This document shows positions 39,524 to 53,300 of a DNA stretch of 64,000 nucleotides, piece by piece. The stretch's first letter is position 1, and each line of letters begins with the position of its first letter. The DNA lies in contig CT868374.1 of the NCBI GenBank assembly GCA_000165425.1, positions 372,001-436,000 on the forward strand. Direction: 5' to 3'. Both the position numbers and the translations under genes were made by a program. The notes beneath the pieces are model-generated. The model saw only the letters and a list, made by a program, of their open reading frames with translations. It did not search any database and had not been told where the DNA came from. Source of the DNA: Paramecium tetraurelia (Eukaryota).

Positions 39524-39564
39524 TTTCAGCAATTAATTATATAATAAAAGTATATTTATAATAA

Positions 39565-40053
39565 ATGGCATTTGATAAAGCACTTGTCACGAAATTCACA
39601 ACACTTGGAGTCGTAGGAATCACAATAGGACTAGCAGTCTGGGGATTCTTCACTCCTCTTTGCCCTGACGAAACATGTATAGATACAGTGATCAATAATG
39701 TCTTTATTTGCTTCAATTTGAGGTAAGAACATTTCCGAAAATATTCAGTTTACTATCAATGGTTTTGTTGCCTTCTGAATTCTAAGTAAAATGGATACAA
39801 GATGGATTTGGGTTGATAGACAACTTATTTGGTAGAGGTCTCTACATTTTCTTGTATTTTAATTTGCTAATGCTAGCATTGGATCATGGGTCTTTGGTTT
39901 ACATACCAGGTATATTGAAAGTGGAATAAGAACATATTCCTTAGTTGTTGCAATTCTAGATTTATGTGTTGGCGTACTTTACGTGATATTTTATTTTGCA
40001 GTAATTATCCATTCTATATCCATAAGTTTGGAGAATCAGCATAACCAAAATGA
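39565..40053 (+). CDS. COPI-associated/TVP15-like small membrane protein
   Basis: Four hydrophobic segments; E..FGLIDNLFGRGLYIFFIG motif; three introns. Confidence 0.8.
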
Positions 40054-40206
40054 ATTAGTATATTTCATTTTATTAAACATTAATCATTTCTTATTCAAAT
40101 GGCTAAACAATCATTAAAATTGTAGATATTTTACGAATATTTATAACTTAAACCTTATTTTATTTTGTTTATAAAATGTTGTAATTAAAATAAAATATGA
40201 AGTTAA

Positions 40207-41027
40207 TCACATTGGTTTTTATTTAAATCTATTTTTAATCAAAGTTATCACATATATACTAAAATATAAAATCTGTGCCATGCTATTTTCCTTGAAGTCA
40301 ATGCTGCACGAAATAATTAATCCAATTAGAATTCTTGTGTATTTATTGTTCATCCAAAAGATGATGTAGTATATGAGTAAACTCTAAAGGATGTAAATTA
40401 CAACAAGAGACTTCTACATCATAAAAATCCCAACCAAAAAGGATGTTATAAGAGATCCTTTATCAGTGATTATAAACTGTAGAATAGGTAATAATATAGC
40501 TAATTTGGATAAAATACCTTCACAAGTCAATAAAGAGTAAATAAATATTATTCCCGGGATCAAGCAAGCCATTTAAGCATGTCTGAGATTATACTAAAAA
40601 TATATCCCACCTTTCCATGATATATCCACCAATAAATAAATAGAGATTAACATTCCTACATAATTAAGCAAACTGGATAATTTCATAATTAACACGATTG
40701 AAAATGGAAATACAATTGCAAAAGCAATTATACACAATCTGATGATCATGCTTAAAATAAAATTCACAATCGCATTATATGTAAGTAACTGAGGTAAAAA
40801 TCCAAATTGCATACTAATTTGAATCGGCTTTAAAATAACTGAGCATTTAATTTATTTTAGTGCTATTGTAAACTAATAAGTTTACCTGGTATGAAAGTGG
40901 AAATAATGGCTAGTACTCTTTTAACTATCAATATGGAAGAGCAATATTCATCAATGTAATGATGTAGGATGTACAAAACAAATAAATCGAATAAAGCAAA
41001 TATGAATGTAAATATATTTTATAACAT
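40207..41027 (-). CDS. Multi-pass membrane protein, weak Serinc/TMS-like similarity
   Basis: Open hydrophobic frame with one intron; IYLLVDISWK and DKGSLITSFLVG recall Serinc motifs (weak). Confidence 0.55.
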
Positions 41028-41306
41028 TATTATTGTATTATATAATTTGTATTTCATTTAATCTATTAATCAATCATATACTTTATTATTGAATATTCTA
41101 ATTGAATGAGTCTTAGTAATGATAATCTATTTCATATACTTGATATTTGTGTATATTAATTAGTAGATACGAGAATAGGCATTCAAATATTGCTCAGATC
41201 ACTTGTATAAGTACGAATATTTACTAGAGATGATTAGTTACTTAAGATATAATTATTTCTTGATTTGGTGTGTATAATTAAATTATTAAGAAATATTCTC
41301 GAAAAA

Positions 41307-41970
41307 ATGAAAAGAAAAGTTAGGGAATACGATGAAAATGAATTCTCAAAAGCTGATTTGAAAATCATTCTTCTTGGTGATTCAGCAGTTGGAAAATCGA
41401 AATTGGTAGAGAGATTTCTATTAGATGATTATGAGGAAAGATAGCAATCTACATATGCATTGACAATGTATCGACATAATGCAAAGTTTGAAGGGAAAAC
41501 GTATAAAATTGGTATTGAATATAAGATAATCAAAATAGATTTATGGGATACAGCTGGATAGGAATGTTTCCAGACTCTGCATGCCTCGTACTATTATGGT
41601 GCTCATGCTTGTATTTTGGTAATTTGTATATTTTCATAAGTGTTTTGATGTCACAAGGAAGATTACTTATACAAATCTAAAGAAATGGTATGAAGAAATG
41701 AGATAGAATTGTCCCACAATTCCTTGTTTATTGGTTGCCAATAAAATTGATTGTATATATAAGATTATCAAACATTTAGTGGATCCCAGTGTCACTGAGA
41801 CTAAATTTAAGTTTGCAGAGAGTAACAATCTCCCCATTTATTACACATCTTCAGCGGATGGAACTAATGTAGTTAAAGTATTTTAGGAGGCTTTGAAAGC
41901 AGCAATTGAACACAAGCAAAAGCCTGGTGGATAGTTTATGGATGATTTGATGGATTATTTGTAGGGTTGA
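41307..41970 (+). CDS. RABL2: Rab-like protein 2 (ciliary/IFT small GTPase)
   Basis: KIILLGDSAVGKSKLVERFL, STYALT, WDTAGQE, HASYY, NKID, SSADGTNVV; no C-terminal prenylation cysteines; three introns. Confidence 0.95.
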
Positions 41971-41995
41971 AAGGGTATTTATGATATATAATGAA

Positions 41996-42620
41996 TCATT
42001 CATTATCAAATTCATCATCTGTTTCGCAATCATCGAAATCATCGCAATCATCGCAATCGCCGTACGGAATATCTAATTTATTATCATAATTTAGTTAATG
42101 GTGGATCACGACAGTTTGAACATGCTATTAGATGAAGTCAGATTAATCCTCCATGTAATAACAACGCACATCTCCCTCCACTATCATCTCTTCATAATGA
42201 AATTATTATTATTATTATTGCTGCTTGAATTCATCCTCTTCCTCCATATAGTCACTGCTGTCGATATTTTAATCCTTGCCTGACAAAATATCTGATCCCG
42301 TTTGTTGCTGTTGTTTACATTTTAAAAAACCTCTCAAATAACCCATCTTTTAATTCCCGACTTCATTCAAGTCGAGGAATTACTCAGCTTTTCTTAAAGA
42401 TAACTAATTATTATTACTTTAATAACTAATGATAATCTTCTAAAGTCTTTTTTGGTACACCAACCTTCTCAGCAGCCTATTTAAGACTGTATTTAATCTT
42501 ATTTCCATTTTGATCAGTTTCGCCATTCTTGAATAACTTTCGCCATTCATCAACACTTTATTTAGCATCCATTATAGAACGCTCCTTTACTCTCTTGAAA
42601 ACATGTCTTGGTTAGTCCAT
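41996..42620 (-). CDS. Putative HTH (psq-like) DNA-binding protein with acidic tail
   Basis: YSLKQAAEKVGVPKKTLEDY helix-turn-helix pattern, KMGYLRGF; one intron; tail DCDDCDDFDDCETDDEFDNE. Confidence 0.8.
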
Positions 42621-43910
42621 AGTTTTTAAAATGAAAAATTATATATAATTAATAATTCATCATTTTTTTCTTTTACTAGCCAATTTAAGCCTATTTCAAA
42701 TGTCGAATCATATAATCCTCTATTAAGATATTTCATCACCTTTCGTGCAATAGTGATTATATTGCCTTTAAAAATTTTGATATTGGATTTCAGAAATATA
42801 GCCTTAATTCTATTTTTCAATTATGCCATAGTGTTTATTTTAAACAAAAATATATACTGTTTATTTAGCGATTAAATAAGCCAGTCATTTTTTATTATAA
42901 TACTTCAATCTTTGCGGCAATTTATTTCAATTAATTATAATAATATACAAATACTCTAAATTCAATCAGATATTCTACTCTATTAATCAAAAGAGTCCAT
43001 AAATTTTTGTGTTAGTCACTACAATTTCGTTATCTTATGATATAGCCCCATGCTTTTTGTAATACAGGCCTTTATTTTATTGATTCTTAAATTTGAATTT
43101 TTTTATTTGTAATAAACAATAGAATAAATTTTGAGGGAATAATTAATACATTATATTTCTAAAAGTCAATAAAAAGGTAGTAGAAATAGATTTCTATAAC
43201 TATTTTATAAAGACAATATATATTATTGTTACTTTTAGCCATTTAAAACATACGTGAATTAAAATATTCTTGGTGATATTAGTAAGAAGTTAGTTGAATT
43301 CAGTTCTTATCGGTATGTGAAAGTTAGTATTATTAAGTATAGAAGTCCAGATACATTATGATATATGAAAAAATCTGTATAAATTTCTGATATTATGTAA
43401 TTAGATTGATATTTAATAATGGGTCTATTATAGTAAAAGTTAAACAATATAATAACTAATACGTGAGAAATAATAAAATTGTAACACTTATGATTCATAA
43501 TAATAGTGGGAGATTATCAGATAAAATTTTTCTTGATATTATTGTTTTCAATTAAAATTATGATTGCTGTTATCTATCGAAGGGATTTGAAATACCTGTT
43601 TATATAAACCCTATATTTAAAAGAACATCTATATTTGATTATAGGATAGAGTTTTGTTATCAATAAATTTTATATTTTATTCAGCACTCTGATAATCAAA
43701 CTTATAAGTTTTGTAATTCATTTGAATAACAAATTTACATGTTTGCTTTTTTAACTTCACTTGGAGATTGGATTATTTGGAATAGTTTTAGTTATTTTCA
43801 GTACGTCTTAAGATAAAAGGTGAATGTATATTTCTTTTTAGGAATATTACGACTTGCTGTTTTATTTATGCTTTTGTTTCAGTGAATTTATATTAATATT
43901 GAATTTATTT

Positions 43911-44444
43911 ATGAAATTTAGTGTACCTTTATCCCATTCTCCTTCTAACTTCTCCAAACAACTTATTCAATAGCAAAAATAATTGTGCTTGTTCAAAGTA
44001 CGCAAGTAACTATAAAATTTGAATGATCCATTTGACTCTACTGAAATATCTCGTGCTCTCAGAAATCTAGAAACTTAGTAATAGAGGAAACAACTCTTAG
44101 ATTCTATAATCAAAATGAGGGAAACAAAAAGAACACAAGAAGAGCAGATAAAATAGGAATAGTTACAAAGATTATGGGTTAAGGCTAATTAAACTAATAG
44201 CAAAAAATTAAATACAAATTATGTCTACCATCGTGATCTAGACGATTTTGAGTCAATCAAATAATCAAGATATCGTTTTGAATCTGAGAGGATTGAAAAT
44301 TTCTATTTAAGGAACGAAGGCAAACATCATAATTTCCATCGAGTTAGTAGTTTGGTCTGTTTGACGACTGATCTCGAGAAAAAAAAGAGATTGGTTCCAT
44401 TGATCACCCGGAAAGATAGAAAAAATTTTACGATAGTCAATTGA
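43911..44444 (+). CDS. Hypothetical protein (177 aa)
   Basis: Intronless ATG-TGA frame of 178 codons. Confidence 0.7.
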
Positions 44445-44479
44445 TTGTTTATTTTATTTGATTTTGTGTTTAAATTAAA

Positions 44480-45557
44480 ATGGAAGTGCTGCAATAAGAG
44501 GACAATTAATTCAGATATAAACTCATGAATGTATTCTTCCAATACATAAAAAATGCCCTATTCATCCTATTAATTGGATACGAAGGAATTAAATTACTAA
44601 ACATTGATCATGATTGTTAATTATCAGAGATTACTTATATCAGTACATTGTATCATGGAGGAATAATTATATTACTCTTTAACATTGTCTCTGCATGTTA
44701 TATACTATATTAGAAGCACTTTGTGAGAATTGAATACTTTATTACTTACGGACTAAATATGTTGGTTTTTGTATGTATGCTGCTATTTTCCTTACAATAA
44801 TTGATCTAGGGAAGTTGCAGCATCGGATAATTATCAGTCAAGTACTATATAATAATATCATTCATCACTCAGTTGGATGTATTATTAATTATGATGTTCA
44901 AACATGAATTTTCAAACAGACAAACCAATATATGTTCCAATACTGCTGTTGTGATACTGTTATTAATGACTAAGATTGATAATGATTGTGCAGTCAACGC
45001 ATTATCATTGGAGATTCAACTAATCTCTGCTAATATTTTGACATTACTCTTTTTCACTGTTCTCAACGTAGCAATTAATCTATTTCCAAAACTCAGAGAA
45101 CAACTAACAAATGCATTTAAGTTTGTTTGTGTCTTGGTTCTGTGTTTCCTTATCCTAAATTATCTATTAATAGTTTACTTTGTTCAATCAGTAATTTATT
45201 GATCTTATATATTAGGGTGATATCAAAGAGAATTAAGAGTGCATGCCTCTTGATTTTATTACTAGAACCTATTGTTTTCTGGCTCCTGTCAACTTGATTG
45301 GAATGATACCAATTTTAGCATCTTTCAAATTTGAAACTATCGATGAGGAAGAAGAGGATATTGTTGTCCCATAATAATAAGCAGAGATTATTTCTCCATC
45401 CAGAGGATTGCCAATATAGAATTCACCCTCCCCCTTTTAATAATCGAAGTTATCGTTAAACAATAACACAACTCCTTATAAGATTATTGTAAATAATAAT
45501 CAACTTTCCCCTGACGAGCAATTTTTGATGGGTAAACATCAACAACCACAATATTGA
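44480..45557 (+). CDS. Multi-pass membrane protein of unknown function
   Basis: Several TM segments separated by short Cys-containing loops; intron 45191-45215; S/P-rich C-terminal tail. Confidence 0.78.
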
Positions 45558-45967
45558 TTTAATACATACTGTAATATTATTAATGAGATAAATAAGCAAT
45601 ATTATATTCACCTCCATTTCTATTTTATGTTTCATTTGAGATATTATATTTTGATTTATTCTTAACCATTATCTTTATTATCAATTAAATAAATATGATA
45701 TTAAATAAATAGTATAAAAAAATAATATACATGAAATCCTAAACAACAATTAATAAGTTCGTTTGTCTATCTTTCAATGTTCAATTATTAGATAATAAAG
45801 AAAATGGTCTTATCATAACTTTTTCTAGCTGATTGAAAGTAGAGCGAGTGATTATTAGAATATATAATAAATGATAAATATATTAATATAAAACATAAAT
45901 GATGGTGACTTTTAATTTAAATCTTTTTTTTAGATAAAAATTAAATGAAGGTATTAGAATAACTTAT

Positions 45968-46543
45968 ATGAAGATCTACGTTGATGCATTCAGTGGAGAA
46001 GAAATCGTTTCTGACAGTTTCAATATGGAAGAAAAATTCGAAGGAGTTATTGGTGAAGTGTAATCCCAAGATATTGTCAAAGGTGCTCTCAATGTAGATG
46101 TTGGTAAGATTTTGTAATAATCAATTCTTAGGTGCTGGAGGACATTTCGGTGGAAAGAACGAAGATGAAGAAGACGGAGGTGTAGAAGATCAAGCCTAAA
46201 AAGTTAATAACATCATTGATGCCTTTAAATATGCTGAAACTTAATTCACCAAAGCCGATTATGTTACTTACTTTAAAGCTTATGCCAAAAAGGTTAAGGC
46301 TTATTTAGAAGCAAACAAACCCAGACAGAGTTGCTTCATTCTAAAAGGGAGCTGGCGAATTCATTAAATGGGTGTCTGCAAACTTCAACGAGCTTTAATT
46401 GTAATCTCTACAATCTATTGTTTAGCTACTGTCCAGAATCATATGACATGGAAAATCACATAGTTCTTGGTTATTACAAAGAAGGACAAGCTGCCCCAGC
46501 TTTCATTTACATTTTAGACGGATTAAAAGAAGTCAAGATGTGA
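45968..46543 (+). CDS. TCTP: Translationally controlled tumour protein, with one extra base at ~46320
   Basis: MKIYVDAFSGEEIVSDSF..YFKAYAKKVKAYLE..DGLKEVKM; introns 46104-46131 and 46401-46425; spliced length 523 nt (3n+1). Confidence 0.92.
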
Positions 46544-47047
46544 TATAAAATAAAATAATTGTATATTGATTTTCATTTATTATGCTTATCTCATATTAGA
46601 TTAAGGGCAGTATCATTTTTACTCCCATTGAAATTTATTTAATCATTTATCAACCATTAGTAAACTATTGTAGGAGGTGCTCAAATGTAAAAATACTTTA
46701 TTATCTTCTTCTCATGGTTCTCCACTTTATTTAAGAATTTCAACATCTCTAAAGAGAAGAGTCATTTCAAATGAAATAATGTAAAAATAATCAATAATTC
46801 TAATAGCTTATCAGGTTTCTAATTTATTCTTACAAAATATGTTAGGGCCACTCATATTAAATCTATATTAAATAACAAATTTTAATGCTTCCCTTTAAGT
46901 AGAATTTAGTTAGAAATAGTCTTGATAAATTATTATTTGATCACATTAAATTAAATATAGAACAAAAACAGCCTAATATTCTTAAATAAATTGATTATAT
47001 TTTCATCTAATAATTAAATGATAAAGAATCTAAAACAAATTAATATA

Positions 47048-50000
47048 TCACAATTTGACCCATTTAGCTAAAATGAATAACAAAGCATCAATCATTATAG
47101 GTTTTTACAAGCAATCATGAAATGGTAGCTTTTTTAGAGCTATTTTGCTCTCGTCATCCTAAAATCCAATCAATCCAATTAGTCTTGTATCTTTTTAATA
47201 TTCATTTAAAACAGCCTTAATTTTTGCACAATCTTGGCTGAATTATTCATTCACATACTCAACTCCAACAAATACAATATGATATCCTTTACAACAAGTT
47301 TTGTATTGTGAAAATTGCTTCCTTAATTAATCTACAATATGCATTCTTTGCATAGTATAAATGTAAGGAATTTTGAGATTGCTCAGTTGATGTGAGATAG
47401 CATATAAATCAAAGTCATTCTATTCACAAATTAAAATCTTAGGACACTAAAATTGAATTACTATAATATACTTGGCATTTGTAAATAAATTACTATTATT
47501 TAATTCTTTCCATCTTTTCAAAACAATCTAATAATTCATTTGGACCTAAATTAACTGAAGAAATTCTCATTGAAGAATAGACTGAGGATCGTCCTCCAAA
47601 GGTAAGAAGAGAATCTCTTTATTTAGATGTAAGCTATTATGCTATCTAAGGATGTAGTCTTGATTAGATAAAACTGACTGAAATTTTTCTCGCTTTTGGT
47701 TCTTTAACGCAAATGATAGTATCAAGAAATTAAGAATGTTGTAGTTTCTATTCCTTTTTCTGTATTTTATCATCTAATTAAAAACTTGATTTGCTAGATT
47801 ATTCATCCCCATCAGGGTTATTCATTTCAGCTTTTGAGTCCGAGGATGATGAACTTTGTTATGAGTCGTCTTATTCTGAGATTTAAGAAACTGAGTAAGA
47901 TTTGCCAGGTTATTGTTGATTATAAGAAAATTCAGATTATCCAAATTAGGGTATTTGAGGATCCTATTTGCCCGAAATAGTTTCTTCTTAGGATTCTCTT
48001 TTCATTTTTTTGAGTTTCTCTTAAATTTATATTCTGCTTATTTCTGTTAATCTTTATGATTAATGCCTTTTAAATTGGTCACTTTAACCATACACTTAAT
48101 GAAATTGGGACTTGTTTGCAACCAATGCAGATTACCTTTTTTGTGTTAGCTGTTTATTGAAGTTTGGATTCTCATTCTTAATCAATAAGATAAAATAGAA
48201 TTATGTGCCTTCTTCAGTCTTAATTGAATTGAATTCAAAAGGCATGATAGCAACAGCTAGGGATATATAGAAGGCTGTGAGAATAGAAAAAGAATATTAT
48301 TTTGAAGTTGCAACTATGTCTGTCATTTATTTACTAACTAAAGTTTGTTATTTCAAGTGCTTGATGGTTTGTTCTACGCTTTCTAAGATTCCTTCGTTTA
48401 CAGTTGTAGCCATGACCTTAATGATTATCTCTATGTGATCTGTCAATAATGGCGACTTTTAAGTGGAAATTTCGATGCTACCATTAACAGTAACTTGAAT
48501 GGATTTGACTATATTTTATGAATCTAAAAATTATTACTTAACAAACTTAACACAACTTGTCGAACTCTGTTTGGATCAGTTCTTAAGAACATTGGAACAT
48601 TCTGTTTAATGTTAACTTGTATATTTAAGCCTCTAAATAAAGCTTGTGCTTTTATGATGTTTAAACAATCTGAAATGAATTCTCTAGTGTGAATATCCAT
48701 CAAGTTTCGGTCTAATTTATTCTTTTTATGCATAGTGACATAATCCTAAAAGTCATTTGCAGTGCTTATTAATAATTTGCAACCTGCCAATGCTGGATCA
48801 ATATATTAGTTTTATAAATCCTGATTGACTTCTTTCTATTTTAGATTAATAGAAACAAATTACTTGGACCAGTTCTAACATTGACAATGTGCAATTCAAA
48901 GGTTCTTTGATTTTCTAGGAAATGGTTTGTATAATGTCATCACTATTTTTTAGATATTGTTAGAGTTAGAGAATGAATGGTTCTTCAGTTAAATCGTTGA
49001 TGTAGATCAGAATTTGAGGTTTACTTTACATAATCACGGGATTCAAAATGACTTGAGTGTACAGTTTGTCTAGTTATACTGATTGGAAAATACCTTTTTT
49101 GATATAAATCTTCAAGGAAAAGTCCAAGGCGAAATTTGTTAAATTATATTTGATGTGAGAAAAAGCAAGCAGATGTTCGATTAAGGTTTGCATTTACATT
49201 TTCCTACAAAAGAACTGTATTTCTTTCTTTTCTTCAAATTGTACATTCTCAAACAATATGTTCTATGTTCAAATACATTAATATATTAGTACTCAAGGGT
49301 TTAAGTAAATTTGATGAAGTTACTGATGTCTTTACTTCTATGAAAGCTGGGCAATATGGTGCATGATTCTTCAGAAAGCAATCCAAAATCATACAATTCC
49401 AACTGAGTCAACTATGGATTTAACTAATCATTGGTCAAAACAATATGGGACATGAATGAATTTATTATTCTTATTGGTTGTTAGGCATTTTCAAAAATGT
49501 AGATTCCACATTGAAAATTCACCAATAAAAATTCATACTACTATTCTAATTGCTTCAAATTGTTTAGATTTTCAAGATCCTCATTTGTTATGTTTTGGAT
49601 GTTATTTCTTTTATTTTATGGTTCTGTCATTTCTCTCTAGGTATTTGTATAAAGGGCTCTTTGAGTGTGTTATGGGCTGAAGTTCCTATATAACACGGTT
49701 TCGTTTGAATTTTAAGTTTGATATAAGTTATAAATCAACAAAGATTAGATCATAAGATGTCCAAAAATGATCCTTGTTGATCCTATCACTTCTAAATTGT
49801 CAGTAAATGAAGGGAATCTATTATCAATGCGTTTATAATACCTAAATAAAGTGTAAAACAGCGAAAATAAAATTACAAGACTCTTGCAAAGCTATGACTC
49901 AATTGCAATCAGAAACAATATCATGATTCCATAAATCTCAAATGCATAACTTCTTTGATCATATTCATTAGTATATATTAAGTCATAATTAGTTTCACAC

Positions 50001-50322
50001 CATAAAATTATTAGACTGAAATATTTCAACATTGTGATTATATTTATTAAGAGAGCAGTTTCCTTCTTTAATTTACTCATTGCAATATGAAAAGCAATTA
50101 TCAAAAACACTTAGATCTAAAAATGTTCACTATTTTAATTACCATTATGCGATAGATGAAAACCAGTTTTTGTCCTTCTATTTCGTAATTCAGAGCTTAA
50201 GCTATGGTTAAAACAATATCGAAGCACTAATAGGAGGATATGATAGTCATGGTCGATTTCCACAAAATAAAATGCTCATATGTCTCTGGGTTTAACTTAA
50301 AATAATTTGATAGTATGTTCAT
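47048..50322 (-). CDS. Degenerate hybrid histidine-kinase-like protein A (TM, PAS-like, HisKA-like, HATPase-like, receiver-like)
   Basis: ISQKIKEPLNC (H-box with Gln), TDPNRVRQVV, CPKILICEQNDFDLYA, IVFVGVEY, QKPIMIDAL; several introns. Confidence 0.85.
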
Positions 50323-50356
50323 TTATTAGTATATAAATTATTTATTAATTTAACAA

Positions 50357-53300
50357 TCACAATTTCACCCACTTAGCTAATATAAACAATAACGCATCTA
50401 TCATCAATGGTTTTGATAAGAAATCATGAAATGGCAACTTCTTTATAGCATTCCTATTGTCATCATCCTGAAACCCTATTAATCCTATAATCCGAGCTTC
50501 CTTTTTAAATTGAGAGTTGATGTTTTTAATTAAGTTACACTGTTCCCCTAATTCTTCATCGACATACTCTACACTAATAAATATCAATTAGTATCCCTTG
50601 CAACAAGACTTTTCAACCTCATACGCAGTTTTTAATTTCTCGTGTATTTGAGTTCTCTACATGATGTAATCAAAATTCATTCCAATATTACCAAGCTAAT
50701 GAGAGACAGCATATAAATCAAAATCGTTTTACTCACAAATCAGAATTTTAGGACACTACAAATATAAGATTATAAGACTTACTTAGCATTTTTAGGTGTA
50801 TTTTTATTGTTTAATTTTTTCCATCTTCTCAAAACAGTCTATTAAATCGTTTGGTTACATTATACTAGCCGAATATCTCATGGATGAGAAGATACTTGAT
50901 CTTCCCCCAAATGTTAGAACTGAGTCTCTTTTGTTGTTCGAAATATTGTTATTGTAAGTGTAATTTATTGATTATTACATTATTACCAAAGGAGAATCAT
51001 CTTCATTTATTTTCCCAGTCTTATTGTATAAAAATTAATCCAGTTGAACTCCTAAGTCTAAACTATTATGAGAACTCTCCTTTGCCCCTTTTGATTCCTT
51101 TGAATCCTACTCAGACACTATTGATATATCTGATTTCGAGTGAGAAATCACCTATTTAATCTTTCTGCTTTGATCCTAAGATTTTATTGTTTTAAAAGTG
51201 GGTAGAAAATCAATATCAATATCTCCTTGGGATGTTCTCGGTACAATGAAACGAGACTAATTTTATTATCCAAAGGATGTTGATAATTTCATTGCCTAAT
51301 CTTTTTTTTAGGGTTGATTACCTAAACCTTGGGATTATGACTGCAATTTCTATTACTGTAACGGTTATTGTTTCAATTTCTATTTTTCCATTTACCCTTG
51401 AATTGTTATGCTGGGTTTATCATACAGACCTTATCCTGATGATTAATATCTTTTGAATCCTTGATCAATTTAATAAGACTGTTTAAAGTTTAATTGTTGA
51501 ATGCTGAGAGCAGATTATCGTTTGAAATTTAATTGTTAAGAGAAGGTTGGATTTTAGTTTTGAATTTAAATAATGAAACAAATCTCTTCATGATCTATGT
51601 TTTTCTCATAATGATATTCGAATGGGATTGTAGAAATGCTAAGGGATAAACAAAATGCTATCAAAATAGATTGACTATATTTTCGACCTGCATTTGCCAA
51701 ATCGATCATTGTAGATGTCATCAAATTTTAGGATTTAAAAAATCTCACTGTTTTATCAATAGTTTTTAGCACCGATTAATTCATTTCTGATGCATGTACT
51801 TTTATCATAAGTTCAATGTGATCCTGCATCAAAATTGATTTGTTTGCTGAAACTACAATTGTTCCATTTATTGTTGCCTGAATTGAACTTACTAGTAAAT
51901 TTAATAGGATTTATCTCAATCTATTAGGATCTGTTCTAAAAAAAGCAGGGACATTATGCCGAATATTAACTTAGATCTATAGTCCTCTGAATAATGCCTG
52001 TGATTTTATTATGTTTATTGAATCAGTTACGAATTCCCTAATTTAACTTTATATTATATGGATTACCTTATGTGAACATCCATTTGACATAGTTCCAGTT
52101 TTCCCTTTTTTCTAATAGTGACATAGTCTAAAATATCGTTGGCTGTACTAATCAATAATTTACAACCTGCAAGGGCTGGATTTAAAAACTTTTCCTGAAT
52201 TTCAAACGGAACAGAATGCTACATATGGAAAGCTAATTAATACTATTGTTATTTCCAGCATTGAAATGGTGCAATTCAAAGGTTACTTAATTTTCTATGA
52301 TATGTCTGAGACTAATATATCGCTATTTTAATTAAACTAATTCAATTGTGTCATGAATGGTTCTTCAGTAAGGTCTGATACAAATAAGACTAACTAAGGC
52401 TTGTGTCTTTACAATATTGGGGAGAGCACTACACTGGTATATAGATTATCTAAATTTGGATTAACTTAAATTACCTTATTTCAGGTATATTTTAAGAGAG
52501 AAATCTATTAAGTTTTGACATTGATTGAATTTGAAATGTTAAAACGGAATCAGGTGTTCAATTAAAGTTTTAATTTTCATGGATTTATGAAAAAATTACA
52601 CTTCTTTTAGTCCAATGTTTCCATTTTCATAATTTATGCTCTAAGCACAATAATAATTATTCAAATACTTACTCAAGAGTTTGCATGAATTTGATAAAAT
52701 TGGCTATGTCTTTGCTTCTGTGGAATTTAGGTAAAACCGTTAAATTGTCTTCAAAGGCAATTCCGAAATCAAATATCTCTGAATTCAGGAATTCGTCACT
52801 TAATTGATCATCCTTTAGTACTAGATGTGACATGTAAGGGTTGATTGACTTAACTGCACTTTATAAGTTGTCTAAAACAAATATTCCTATTTATATATTA
52901 TTTAAGACATTTTCATAAAACTAGTCCAAGCTTTACCTTTCTGTGTCCAGTCTGTTATCTTCAGATATAACGACTTCGTTTTCTTTAAGTTGTTATGTAT
53001 TTCTGTTCTTGATCTCGTAATCTTGTTGATTCAGGTATGTAGAAATCCGCCATTGTTAATTTGGTTGAGATTGTCTGTTGCTGTGTATGGGAAGATAGTT
53101 GTTGGACTGTTGACCCAACATTACAAGTTGATTGTTCAATTACTTCTTCTGTTATGGCAATTACAACAAATATATTTAAAATGCTATGTGTATTAATACT
53201 ATCCTAATTGAAGAAAGAATATCGATTTTATTTTAGAATAGTTAGATTCTATCCTGTTATGATGTATATATACCGAAAAAGAGAGTATAATAGCGAAAAT

